A stretch of 64,000 nt of DNA from Octopus vulgaris (GCA_951406725.2 OX597821.1:102610001-102674000); one strand, 5' to 3'. Positions 14,191-27,453 are shown, counted from the stretch's first letter. Made by a program: numbers and translations. Notes: generated from the letters alone by a model not told the origin.

Positions 14191-14244
<54 letters not shown>

Positions 14245-14294
14245 TATGTATACATACATAATGTATATAATGTATATATGTATATATGTGTGTG

Positions 14295-14372
<78 letters not shown>

Positions 14373-14375
14373 CAT

Positions 14376-14572
14376 ATCCAAACATGAACAAAGAGAAAAC
14401 ACAACATCGTGAGGATGTCGAACTAGTGTTATTGGACGCTTAGGAAAGGAAAGAAAGAAGGAGGATTTAACGTTTCGAGCGGAGCTCTTCGTCAGAAACA
14501 TAGAAAAAAGGAAAGGCCCAAGGAAAGGAAGACGGAGAAAGAAAATCGCCAACAATACATACGCGGTCACAT
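14376..14572 (-). mobile_element. Family A element with intact hammerhead-like motif
   Basis: Reverse complement of the 6967-7169 element; motif at about 14466-14498. Confidence 0.75.
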
Positions 14573-14685
14573 ATTGAAAAAATATATTCCGGCAAGTTGC
14601 AAGTTCAAAGTCAGACTCTGACCACCCACTTAGAATGAAGTATGCGAAGATAAATCGAAGAGTGAATAAACATATTTAATCTCTA

Positions 14686-15111
14686 ATCGTTAGTTCGACA
14701 AAATATATTCCGTTTCGTGTATGGCTCATCGGAAACTAAAAAAATGAAATTTAGGAAGAACTAATTCATAATGTATGGCAAGAGGGCGGGGGGGGGGGGG
14801 CAATTATTTCTTAAATTTTGTTTTTCAGTTCCCGATGAGTTTACAGGTGAAACAGAATATATTTTGTTGACCTAAGGATTACGGCTAAATATATATATAT
14901 ATATATATATATATTTAGCCGTAATCCTTAGGTCAACAAAATATATTCTGTTTCACCTGTAAACTCATCGGGAACTGAAAAACAAAATTTAAGAAATAAT
15001 TGCCCCCCCCCCCGCCCTCTTGCCATACATTATGAATTAGTTCTTCCTAAATTTCATTTTTTTAGTTTCCGATGAGCCATAAACGAAACGGAATATATTT
15101 TGTCGAACTAA

Positions 15112-15115
<4 letters not shown>
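14686..15115. repeat. 430-bp near-perfect palindrome centred on (TA)12; each arm holds two opposed hammerhead-like motifs
   Basis: Arms differ only by one substitution and G13 versus C11 run length; centre at 14890-14913. Confidence 0.9.
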
Positions 15116-15173
<58 letters not shown>

Positions 15174-15174
<1 letters not shown>

Positions 15175-15586
15175 ATCAGCAACAATTTAGATTCAAATGA
15201 ATATGGTACTTAATTTAGATGCACCAGAATTTTGTATGGTGTTACCCATAAAAATATGCGGGGTGATTATAATAAAAATAAGCAACAAGAATGATTCCGG
15301 TAATTTAGTACACTTGTTTCATACTACAACAGAGTTTTGGCCAGTTGGCATCTCAACCACACATCCTCATGTTCCTAAAATTCATATCTACATCTTTATC
15401 TGTATATTTACCTTCCCTAGGATGTTATTACTTGATCTGATAACTTTTATATTATTGGAAAACCTATATAAATTAGCTGAAGATTACTCAGCATCTTAAA
15501 TCTGCTGGAATATTTACAGCTTTTAATAAAATGTTGTAGTATGAAACAATTGTACTAAATTACCGGATTCATTCTTTTACTTATTT

Positions 15587-15590
<4 letters not shown>
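15174..15590. mobile_element. Family D hammerhead-bearing element with asymmetric inverted repeat, between (TA)n tracts
   Basis: Arms 15274-15330 and 15532-15588; hammerhead motif at 15473-15558 (+); homologous to 22846-23398. Confidence 0.75.
15473..15558 (+). ncRNA. Predicted type I hammerhead ribozyme (family D, covarying copy)
   Basis: ttag-CTGAAGA-t-tact...agta-t-GAAAC-aatt-GTA-ctaa. Confidence 0.6.
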
Positions 15591-15634
<44 letters not shown>

Positions 15635-15635
15635 C

Positions 15636-15670
<35 letters not shown>

Positions 15671-15674
<4 letters not shown>

Positions 15675-15815
15675 GGCGGGTAAGCTGCAGCTATAGTTCT
15701 GCTGTTTTGTGGGTCAGCTGGAGAACGATAGAAGCCACGGGTGACTTTCTGCTCCCAGTGGACGTTGAAGACCTTCCAGAGCATTCGTACGAAGCAATGA
15801 GTTGTTCATAGACCG
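15671..15815 (-). mobile_element. RTE-clade LINE fragment, degraded
   Basis: RMLWKVFNVHWEQKVT resembles the RMLR..LNV.W...VTN motif after the RT domain. Confidence 0.55.
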
Positions 15816-16009
15816 TTTAACAATTTTCCTCTAGAACATTATCAAAAATAACTTGTGTGGTAAGAAATTTGTTTCCCAACCAAGTGGTTCCGGGTTCAGT
15901 CTCACTACGTGGCACTTTGGGCAAGTGTCTTTCACTATAGCGCTGAACCAACTAAAGCCTTGTGAGTTAATTTGGTGAAAGAAGCCCGTCGTATATATAT
16001 ATATATAAC

Positions 16010-16176
16010 GGGAAGCTTTATGAAAATAATCAAAAGACGAAGGCAGGTGGAATACAAACAAACAATTGTATTAGTATGGCCTACGCTCTTCAACAGAAAG
16101 ATACACAGAAAAGAAAAACGGAGAGAAAGAAGGAGAGAAAAAAAATGCGTGCAGAAGCTAGCGAATCAACATGGCG
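16010..16176 (-). mobile_element. Family B element (motif partly deleted) nested in the microsatellite of a SINE
   Basis: Homology to 40909-41096; lies between SINE head (15855-15992) and SINE tail (16735-16950). Confidence 0.65.
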
Positions 16177-16229
<53 letters not shown>

Positions 16230-16231
<2 letters not shown>

Positions 16232-16716
16232 GCAATCCCTCGAATATCGCGGGCGTTATGTTCCAAGCCCCGCCTCGCAATAGGTGAAAATCCGCGAAGT
16301 AGAAACAACTGTATAGTTTTAAAATTATTTTTATAATTTGTATATGTCTATATTATTATAAATGCTAAACACCACCAAACACTCGTCTCCCGAGTTTCGT
16401 TCTTCCTACGGTATGTGCGATTCTTTGTTTACTCTCATTTACGGTACACTATGTATTTTCTTTAATATATTTTGATTAATGTGTTGTACAGAGCAGTACT
16501 GTACCCTATTTTTATTTTTAATTATTAAGTTTTAGGTGTGAAAATGCTTATTTTACCACAAGTAATAAAAATCTAAAACAATCTAAATACCTATCGGTCG
16601 CAGAAACCCGCGATATACTGAGGAGTCCACGATATAAATTTACATATATTAGCCAGAAAAATCAGTGATGTACTGAGGGCGCGATAGGTGAACCGCGATA
16701 TGGCGAGTGATTATTG
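16230..16716. mobile_element. pogo/Tigger-like MITE
   Basis: Imperfect TIRs tagcaatccctcgaatatcgcgg / ccgcgatatggcgagtgattattg; TA flanks; subterminal cgcgata repeats. Confidence 0.7.
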
Positions 16717-17511
16717 TATATATAAATATGTATATGTGTGTGTGTCTTTGGGTCTGTGTTTGTACCACACCACTGTTTGACGATCGGTGGGCTTGTTTAC
16801 GTCCCTATAACCTAGTGGTTCGTCAAAATGTGATCGATATAATAGGTAGCAGGTTTTAAAAAATAAATCCTGGGGGGGGGGTGTCTTCTTCAATAAGGTG
16901 CCCCAGCCCGACCACAGTCTAATGGCTGAAGCTTGTAAAAGATAAAAGACACCCGTATTTCAGTAGCTTAAACCTAGCCAATGTTCAAGATAAGACATTG
17001 GAGGAACAGTAATTTCTTAGCAAATCCTTTCTCCTATAAGCACAAGCTCTGAAATTTGTGGAGAGGGTGTTATTCGGTTATATCGACTCCATTATTTGAC
17101 TGGCTCTTATTTTATCTACCCCTAAAGGACGAAAGCAAACTGGACCATGCCAGCATTTGAACTCAGAACGTAAAACTGGAAGACATTTTGTCCGGCGCGG
17201 TAACCATTCTGCCAGCTCGCCAAGTAAATCAAAACCAAATTTTCAACAAGGTTTCTATTCCCTGTTGGAAACCGTTTCACTTCTCTCAGGTCACAAGTAA
17301 ATAGTTTTGGAAAGACGCGATCGCATCACATTCTATTTATCCCCACTGTTCCCCACCCCGTACCCCAGGACTCTAAGCATTCGCTGATTTATACAGTTGA
17401 TTATTAAAAGTAAAAGCAGAACAATACAGGACATATTAAATATATGTGTACGTGTCTCAATTTATCATACTTCAGCTATGATAGATGAGATGTGAGTGAA
17501 AACGTCGAGAA

Positions 17512-17679
<168 letters not shown>

Positions 17680-18191
17680 GCAGGACTTTCTAGATTTCTA
17701 TTTTCACAATCAATCAATATCATTTGCCGGATGGAGTTACTGTTTAAAATATGATTTATATTTCATTTTTATTTTATTTTTATGTTCCTTTTAGTGTTTT
17801 TACACGAGCACAAAAGAGACAACTTTCTAGGTGACAGAGCCCGTCTTGGATCAGTGAGCCTGTGCGGTTTCAAATATCATAGTTAGCGATTGAGAGTTAT
17901 CTATCATTCCGAGCTGAGCGAAATTGTTTCGTAGGCCGTAGACGTAGACGTCCGTTCGTGATTTTCTTTTCAATGTGTGAAGATTGAAACAGCGATAATA
18001 ATATCCACGTAAGTTGTTAACTGAGTTAGGCCTGACATTTTTTGGCATGTTGGAGCGGGCAGAGCGGGTGACATCAATATATATATGTGTATATGTGAGT
18101 GCGTATGAACGCATGTGTGTTTGCATGTATGTATGTATGTATGTATGTAAGTATGTATGTATGTATGTATGTATGTATGTATGTATGTATG

Positions 18192-18223
<32 letters not shown>

Positions 18224-18410
18224 GCATGAATGTAAATGTGTATGCAGACAGGTAAGTGGGAATATGCGTATGCATATCAATGTATGTATGTTTTATGAAT
18301 TTATGTGTGTATATATTTGTGTGTGTATATATATATGTATGCATGTATGTATATATATATATATGTATGTCTACATGTAAATATATATATATATATATAT
18401 GTATACATAC

Positions 18411-18835
18411 AGCGCAAGAGTGGCTGTGTGGTAAGTAGCTTGCTTACCAACCAAGCACATGGATCCGGGTTCAGTCTCACTGCGTGGCACCTTGGGCAAG
18501 TGGCTTCTACTATAGCCTCGAGCCGGCCAAAGCCCTGTGAGTGGATTTGGTAGACGGAAACTGAAAGAAGCCCGTCGTATATATGTATATGTATATATAT
18601 ATATGTGTGTGCGTGTGTGTATGTGTGTCTGTGTTTGTCCCCCCCCCCAGCATCGCTTGACAACCGATGCTGGTGTGTTTACGTCCCCGTAACTTAGCGG
18701 TTCGGCAAAAGAAATCGATAGAATAAGTACTAGGCTTACAAAGAATAAGCCCTGGGATCGATTTGCTCGACTAAAGGCGGTGGTCCAGCATGGCCACAGT
18801 CAAATGACTGAAACAAGTAAAAGAGTAAAAGAGTA
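18411..18835 (+). mobile_element. SINE S1, full length
   Basis: A-box-like TGGCTGTGTGG, B-box-like GGTTCAGTC, internal microsatellite, (AAAAGAGT) tail. Confidence 0.9.
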
Positions 18836-19133
18836 TACATTCGTACGTACGCATGCAAGCATGTATGTTTGTATGTATGCATGTGTGTATGCTTATGTAT
18901 GTATGCATACCTATGTGTGTATGGTGCTTGTATGAAATTTGTTATGTGCGATGATTTAATTAGCCATTATTACACAGAAAGACATATCTTTCCACTAAAA
19001 GCTGCTTATGAGATCGAATTGCCAAAATGACGGCATATTGTTTGCATGTAGACGTGTAAAATGCACGATAAGGCTTTATCATTATACAAAAAAATGTCCT
19101 CATCGCTTATATGTACATATGTGTGTGTGTGTG

Positions 19134-19387
<254 letters not shown>

Positions 19388-19706
19388 CGTATATATATAT
19401 ATGCACATATATATATATATGATATGTGTGTGTATATATATGTATATATATGTATATATATATATATGTGTGTATATATATATATATACGTATATATGAT
19501 ATATATCTTAATTTTATATATGCATATACATATATATATATATATCTGTACAAATATATACATACACACGCATATGTGTGTGTATGTGTATATGCATATG
19601 TGTGTGTATGTGTATATGTATCTATATGTATATGTATATATATATATATATGTGTGTATATGTATGTATGTATCTATCTATCTACCTATCTATCTATCTA
19701 TATATA

Positions 19707-19755
<49 letters not shown>

Positions 19756-20314
19756 ATATATCTATCTATCTATATATATATATATATGTGCACACATACA
19801 TACATACATACATACAAATATATTATGTAGCATAGCTTCAACACACGCACACACACAGACGCATACATGCGTATATTAATACTTCACCCAGTGCACTCCG
19901 TACACAATCTCACCGTCACAAATCACACATCACACGTTACATACATACATACATACATATGTATATACATACATATATCTATCTATATATATATATATAT
20001 ATATATATACGTATACAACTGAATACAAATGCTGCTTTCCTTCTTCATTTTCATCCCGTTTTTTTTTTCTCTTTTTCTTATTAATCTTCTGTTTACATAT
20101 CCAACAGCTGTATGTGTTCCGATTCATATTATTTTCCAGATTTCCTCATTCACACCACATGAAATGAATGACAAACAAACGCCTTATACGAAATATGGTT
20201 TATTTATTAAAATTCTTTTGCGGCTTTCTCTTCTTTTATTTCTTTCATAATATTTATGCTTCCCACCGTTTTGCATCACACATTTAGTTATCATTAATAT
20301 TACTGAAATATTAC

Positions 20315-21470
20315 TGGCAGAATCGTTAGTGCGTCGAACGAAATGCTTAGAGGTATTATTTCTTTCAGTAGTAGTAGTAGTGGTTGTGGTAGTTATAATA
20401 GTAGTAACAGCAGTTCAAATTCCTCTGAAGCCAACTTTGCCTTTTATTCGTTCTGGGTCGATGAAATAAATACCTGTTGAAGATTGGGGTCGATGTAATT
20501 GATTTAACCCCCTCCCCATTTACCAAAATTACTGGTGTTCTGTCATTACTAGAAATAATTAAAATTGGTTATAATTTTGTGCACAAGGTCAGTCTTTTGT
20601 GGGAGGGAGTCGGTCGCTTACATCAACTACAGGGCTTATTTAATCCTTGTTTTAGGGACTCCAGAAAAAATGAAAAGATATAAAGTCGACTTCAGAACGT
20701 AAAAAAAACCCGGCCGAAACGCTACTGAACATTTTGACCGGTGAGCTAACGATTCTTATTTCTTCATTACCCACAAGGGGCTAAACATAGAGGGGACAAT
20801 CAAGGACAAACAAAGGGATTAAGTCGATTACATCGACCCCAGTGCGTAACTGGTACTTATTTAATCGACCCCGAAAGGATGAAAGGCAAAGTCGAGCAAA
20901 GAAGGAAAAGAAAAAAGTTGATGGAGGCTGTGGTGGTGGGATGTGAAGCATTAGAAGGCGGAGGAGGATGCGCGATGGACCAGTTGTTGATGATCTAACT
21001 TTATTACCGAACGATTATCCTTCGCCCATAGCCATGCTCGGTCAACAAGTCCATTCTTATTTCTTTATTGCCCACAGGGGGCTAAACCTGGAGGGGACAA
21101 ACAAGGACAGACAAACGGATTAAGTCGATTACATCGACCACAGTGCGTAACTGGTACTTATTTAATCGACACCGAAAGGATGAAAGGCAAAGTCGACCTC
21201 CGCTGAATTTGAACTCAAAACGTAACGGCAGACGAAATGCCGCTGAGCATTTCGCCCGGCGAGCTAATGATTCTGCCAGCACGCCGATCTAGAAAGAATA
21301 TTAGTGAAATACACGTTTCAAATTTTAACACAAGGCCAGCAATTTTGGAGGCGGAGGTAAATAAATCACATTGGACCTCCACCACCCGCCGTGCTCGACT
21401 GTTACTTATTTTATCGAACCCGAAAGGATGAAAGGCGAAGTCGACGATTCTGCCTGCTCGCCGCCTTAGA
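20315..21470. mobile_element. Cluster of S2 SINE copies in both orientations (clear minus-strand copies 20757-20896 and 21057-21286)
   Basis: Homology to the 12.2-12.9 kb unit. Confidence 0.75.
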
Positions 21471-22041
21471 AAGATTTAATATTATGGCTAATATTACAGG
21501 CAGAATAATTAGTGCTCATTAAACCAGTTGCTCATTAAATCCCCGCATAAGCGATTGCATAATCCACAAACACTGTTGACGTAATTCTCTGAGGGGAAAT
21601 CAGAGTGTCACATGTGACAAGCCTTTAAATCACCGGTACAATTGCATTCACAAAGTTTGGATCGACCCGAGTACATATATACATATATACATGCATACAT
21701 ACATACGTACATACATACATACATACATACATACATACATACATACATACATACATACATACATACATACACACATATATAAATAAATACATACCCTCTC
21801 TCTCTATATATGTATATATATATACAAAAATATGTATATGTGTATATATGTTTATATATATATGTATGTATATATAATATATATATACTTGTACATATAT
21901 ATATATATATATATATCATGTTCCGATATTCCGAACTTTAAATATGGCGACCAACATACATCGTCATCATCATTATCATCATCCTCATCATTGGCGTCGT
22001 ACCCATCATCGTTATCAAAAATATCATCCTCATCATCACCG

Positions 22042-22087
<46 letters not shown>

Positions 22088-22635
22088 ATATATATATACA
22101 TTATGTTATTATACATATTATGTATATATACATATATAATGTTGGAAAACACTCATTCAAGATGTCAGGCAGTATGGAAATCAATGGTGCGGTCGCTCTT
22201 TGCCAGGTGAATTTTCCCTATATTTACCCGTGTTGCCCCCTTTGACGGAACTGCAGTCCTGGATTCAGTGAAGACTAAGAGAAGAGACTTTATATCTAAA
22301 GTCTTATCAGTCAGACACTGTGGTCAACAGGGTTCGATACACGTTTTGTCAAACATGTTCCATTGACAAGGTTTGCAGTTGCCCCTTTTTCAGGTGCGGT
22401 TTCCTGTATTTCGTCGCTTTGGGCGTCTTGGATTAAGTCCTAATCAAAGATTAAAACAGGGAACTTAGCATCTAGCGTATTATCAGCGTTCACAACCCTC
22501 CACCTGTTGGACATGTCGACGGATGGGACTTCCCCGTTAGTACTTTATTGAAAAATGACGAGGAAACGCTAAACGTTCTCGAGAGAAACTTCAAGAGGAC
22601 CTTCGACTCGGGGACTACGGATAACTACAAGAAAT

Positions 22636-22803
22636 AGGCACCGGTGTGGCTGTGTGGTAAGAAGTTGACTTCCTAACAACCGCATGGTTACGGGTTTATT
22701 CCCACTATGTGGACCTTAAGCAAGTGTCTTCTTTAATAGCCTCGAGCCGACCAAAGCTCTGTGAGTGAATTTAGTTAAACAAGACTAAGTGAAAGAAATT
22801 CAC

Positions 22804-22806
<3 letters not shown>
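22636..22806 (+). mobile_element. SINE S1 head, followed by (TA)n and the family D palindrome
   Basis: Homology to 18411-18578. Confidence 0.7.
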
Positions 22807-22845
<39 letters not shown>

Positions 22846-22849
<4 letters not shown>

Positions 22850-23398
22850 AAATAAGCAACAAGGATTTCCAAGGTAGTGTAGTACAATTGTTTCATGCTA
22901 CTTCATTTTATTAAACACTGTAAGTATTACATCAGTTTTAAAATGTCGAGCAATCTTCAGCCACATATAGAATTTTTCAATTAAACGGACAATGCACATT
23001 CTTATACTTATTTCATTTGCCAACATTACAAAGAGAGTAGATATATATTTCATCATTAAGAACATACTACCACCATGTTCTTAATGATGAAATTAACCTC
23101 TCTGTCTATATATCTACCCTCTTTGTAATGTTGGCAAATGAAATAAGTATAAGAATGTGCATTGTCCGTTTAATTGAAAAATTCTATATGTGGCTGAAGA
23201 TTGCTCGACATTTTAAAACTGATGTAATACTTACAGTGTTTAATAAAATGAAGTAGCATGAAACAATTGTACCACACTACCTTGGAAATCCTTGTTACTA
23301 ATTTGATTATAATCACCCCCTTTGATTTGTATGGATAATACCATACAAAATTCTGGTGCCTTTAACTTAAGTACCATATTCATCTGAATCTAAATTTA
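22846..23398. mobile_element. Family D element: ~200-bp inverted arms, central hairpin and ~90-bp one-sided extension
   Basis: 22846-23048 is the reverse complement of 23107-23307 with few mismatches; hammerhead motif at 23189-23276. Confidence 0.8.
23189..23276 (+). ncRNA. Predicted type I hammerhead ribozyme (family D)
   Basis: tgtgg-CTGAAGA-t-tgct...agca-t-GAAAC-aatt-GTA-ccaca; U.U instead of G-C closing stem II. Confidence 0.6.
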
Positions 23399-23404
23399 TA
23401 TATG

Positions 23405-23619
23405 TATACGTTCGTTCTTGCTTCCAACTTCCTGTCCACGGCAAAATCTCATAGTACAGCATACACGTGATCACAAAGACACAAATTTCACAACTTGCAA
23501 AGTAAGCACAGCGATGTCACTCAGCACATTCTCTCATGAAGGTCACTGCTCAGACAACTGTGTCTGCCATCTGTTGGCGCGCTATAGAACAAGTCCGGGA
23601 ACTCTTTGATACCGCCTCG
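23405..23619 (-). mobile_element. Mariner-like 5' end (TIR, leader and first codons)
   Basis: Minus strand TA|cgaggcggtatcaaagagttcccggac; leads into (V/M)DRKLEARTNV. Confidence 0.55.
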
Positions 23620-23706
23620 TATATTTTTAGTATATGCATCCATATATTTATATACACAGACACACACACATATAATCACAAACACATACACACGCACACA
23701 CACACA

Positions 23707-23748
<42 letters not shown>

Positions 23749-24284
23749 TATATGAATATACACATGCGTGCCGTATATATATAGGCATGGCAGTGTGCGT
23801 ATGAAATTTGCTTCGTAAAGTACATCCTTTCCGGTTCGGCCCCCGTGGTACGGCCCTTTTGGGCAAGTGTTATAATGGGAGACCCGGGTCACCAAATGAC
23901 TTTTGAATGAGTTTGGTTGACGGAAAGTGAAAGAAACCTATGCCGGGTGTATGCGTGCGCATGCATGTATGTGTGTGCGTGCGCATACACACATACACGG
24001 ACACACACGGACACACACGCAAACATATCTATGTATACCTATTTCTACATGTATGTGTGTGTGTCGGTGTGAGTGTGTATATGAGTATGAATACTTTTAA
24101 TAATGTTTTTATCACTCAGCAGATCGTCAAGATTGCAAAAGTGAGAGACAGGTAGAGTGGGAGAGTGTTGTAACAAACGCCGTACTTAAAAACAAGTACA
24201 GAAGTCAGTGTGACCCGCTAAAAGAATCTCTTCCAGCTGGTGCCTCAGCACGAGCGCACGCCAATGTAAAAGCATCAAAGATGT

Positions 24285-24378
<94 letters not shown>

Positions 24379-24507
24379 GTCTGTCTCTATATTTGCCTAC
24401 CTACCAATGTAGATATCCAAAGATAGAAAGACAGGTATCTATACACACACGCTCACACACTCTCATACGCATGTACACACACATACACATACACACATAT
24501 ACCCATA

Positions 24508-24563
<56 letters not shown>

Positions 24564-24625
24564 CACATACATATATACATACATACCCACACAAATATAC
24601 ACATATACATATACATATGTGTATA

Positions 24626-24682
<57 letters not shown>

Positions 24683-24731
24683 GTGTGTGTGTGTGCATGT
24701 ATATATATATGTGTATATATCTGTATATTTA

Positions 24732-24776
<45 letters not shown>

Positions 24777-24791
24777 GTGTATATATATATG

Positions 24792-24988
24792 TAGAGAATT
24801 CACAAAAAAAAAATCATACAAAGCACGAAGACAGATGGTGTAGAAAACAAGCAGATGTATTAGTACGACGCTCGGGGAGTGAAAAGGTCTTTAACGTTTC
24901 GAGCCTACGCTCTTCCACAGAAAGGAACGCAGAAAGAAACAAGGAGAAAAAATAAAGAATGTGTTGTGGTTAGCGATCTCTCATGGTG
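24792..24988 (-). mobile_element. Family B element
   Basis: Minus strand reads cttt-CTGTGGA-a-GAGC-gtag-GCTC-GAAAC-GTT-aaag; homologous to 40909-41096. Confidence 0.7.
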
Positions 24989-25130
24989 AATATATATGTA
25001 TATATATATATAAATAAATATACATATATATATACATATATATATATGTGTATACACACAGACACACAGACGTACAGACACACACACACACACACACTCT
25101 CACTCACACACACACACACATATATATATA

Positions 25131-25547
25131 TTCTTTTATTCTTTTACTTGTTTCAGTCATTTGACTGCAGCCATGCTGGAGCACCGCCTTAAATGGTTTT
25201 GCGTTGAAGAAATCGGCCCCAGAACTTATTCATTGTAAGCCTAGTACTTATTGCTTCGTTGGCTTTTGTCGAACAGCAAAGTTAGGAGGACATAAACACA
25301 CGAGCATCGGTTGTCAAGTGATGGCGGAGTGGTGGGTGGGACAAACACAGACACACTCACATAAATATATACATATATATGTATGAGTGTGTGTGTGTTA
25401 GGATTCTTTGAGTTTCCTTCTACCAAATCCACTCACAAGGCTTTGACCAGGCCAGGGCTATCGTAGAAGACACTCACCCAAAGTGACATGCAGTGGGACT
25501 GAACTCGGAACCATGTGGTAGAGAAGCAAGCTTCTTACCACATACAG
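25131..25547 (-). mobile_element. SINE S1
   Basis: Reverse-complement homology to S1 head and tail. Confidence 0.8.
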
Positions 25548-25649
25548 TTCTTTATTTCTTTTTTTTCTCTCTATTATCAGTTTTTAAAAACCAAACGAAA
25601 AGAACGCTCCAATGCTATTCAGCAACTGTATACCTAATTTTCCCACGCT

Positions 25650-25742
<93 letters not shown>

Positions 25743-25910
25743 GCACATACATATATCTATATCTATATTTATATCTATATCTATATCTATGTCTATATCT
25801 ATATCTATATCTATATCTATATCTATATCTATCTATATATATATATAGAAACAGAGAGATACATACATACATACATACATACATACATACATACATACAT
25901 ACATACATAC

Positions 25911-26078
25911 ACAAGAGTTACGGAACGGAGTAGATAAGATCCGGGCTAAATATGCTTCATAGCAAACGGAACACCAGAAGTGGTAAATATGCAAGCGAGG
26001 CTGCTCTTCAAGCTAAAGATATCTTGATAATGGAACATATGTAACCCGGATCTTATCTGCTCATTCCATAATTCTTGT
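25911..26078. repeat. ~35-bp imperfect inverted repeat with decayed hammerhead-like boxes
   Basis: acaagagttacggaacggagtagataagatccggg versus cccggatcttatctgctcattccataattcttgt. Confidence 0.6.
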
Positions 26079-26275
26079 ATTCTTATTCGCACATCCGGCA
26101 ACCCTGGTCGTCTACCGTGGAGTATAAGAAGAACTTTTTTTTTAGTTTACCGTTCTTCGATACGAGAATAATCCACAACCTTCCGTCTCAATAAACCAAT
26201 ATTGTCACTGAAAGTTGCTTTTTATGTTTACTACGGTTTGCTTGAAGCTAACATTCTCCCTACACCTCGATCCAT

Positions 26276-26330
<55 letters not shown>

Positions 26331-26332
<2 letters not shown>

Positions 26333-26580
26333 AAAAACGGTAAGATAACAAAAGAAAGAAAGAGACCTCAATATTATGTAAATAGAGGAATTTATCTGTA
26401 AATATAATATGTGACAATTATTTGGTAGCCAAGATAAAACTCTGAGTTTCGGATGCCGAGATGAAAATCCACACCACCACCGGCCGGATAACTGAAGAGA
26501 TGGTGGTGTGGATTTCCACTTCGGCATCCGAAACTCTGAGTTTTATCTTGGCTACCGAAAAATTGTCACATATTATATCT
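26331..26580. mobile_element. Family E hammerhead-bearing element with asymmetric inverted repeat
   Basis: Arms about 26400-26480 and 26501-26578; gataa-CTGAAGA-gatg..catc-c-GAAACTCTGAGTT-ttatc at 26487-26547. Confidence 0.75.
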
Positions 26581-26777
26581 ACATATATATTTTTCTAAAA
26601 TTTTTTGCTACCCTAAAATTTATTAATTAATGATTTTTTGGCTAATTTTGAAATTAAATCGGCAGTTTATATTTACTGCTGAGAAAACCGCGCGAATGCG
26701 GTGGATTTTGAAAATTTATAGCATATAGACTCGAGGCATGCTTGTTACCGCCTCGTGAATATATGGTAGTCCTTGGC

Positions 26778-26861
26778 TTTTCTGCTGACGAGGCAACGCC
26801 AGTGGTAAATAAATAAATTTTATTTACAAAAGATGGTCGAAACTATGCATAGTCCAGAAAG
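26778..26861 (+). ncRNA. Predicted type I hammerhead ribozyme with canonical core (family F element, about 26770-26983)
   Basis: Stem I ttttctg/cagaaag; CTGACGA 26785-26791; stem II ggc..gtc around a long AU-rich hairpin; GAAA 26839-26842; palindromic stem III ACTATGCATAGT; GUC site at 26852-26854. Confidence 0.75.
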
Positions 26862-26978
26862 GAGAGGGTAAACGTTTTTATTTCTTTTTCCATTTCAGAA
26901 TTACAACTATTAGTGGTTTGGAGTCTAGCTGCTCTTTCTAGTGAGTCGGATGTCCTATTATGGCCATCCCTTATATGT

Positions 26979-27042
<64 letters not shown>

Positions 27043-27400
27043 ACACACATATATACACGCAGATATATTCATCATTAGTATTTTATAGACTCACGTCGTA
27101 TAAATAATGTGTCTTAAAAATGATTTCAGTCGTTAAGAGGCGAATAAACACGCCATGCAAACGCTCACAGGGTCGCACCCGCCATTGCTATAATGACATT
27201 GAATGTTAGCAGTTGTTATTGACAATTATATGCTTTCTGGAGCTGAACTCTCGGCATGTGGGATTAATAGGGTTGCGCGGAGCCTGCTATACATACGCAC
27301 GCACTCACATAGCACGTATTTTCATATATCTATGTATACATATGCATATATTGTATGTAAAATATATGTATATGTACATACATACATACACACAGACAGA

Positions 27401-27453
<53 letters not shown>

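Larger units (their letters stand above)
15855..16950 (+). mobile_element. SINE S1 split by nested insertions (head 15855-15992, tail 16735-16950)
   Basis: Head and tail are colinear with the intact copy at 18411-18835. Confidence 0.7.

Noticed and set aside
17831-18008. Plus-strand exon (ttctAG...ccac|GTAAGT)
   Set aside because: All three frames contain stops and no partner exon is evident.
18411-18490. tRNA gene
   Set aside because: A/B-box-like motifs continue into a SINE body in many dispersed copies; no full cloverleaf or T-run terminator.
22140-22630. Possible LINE 5' or endonuclease relic (similar uncertain segments at 38880-39170 and 52990-53480)
   Set aside because: No recognisable conserved motif in translation.
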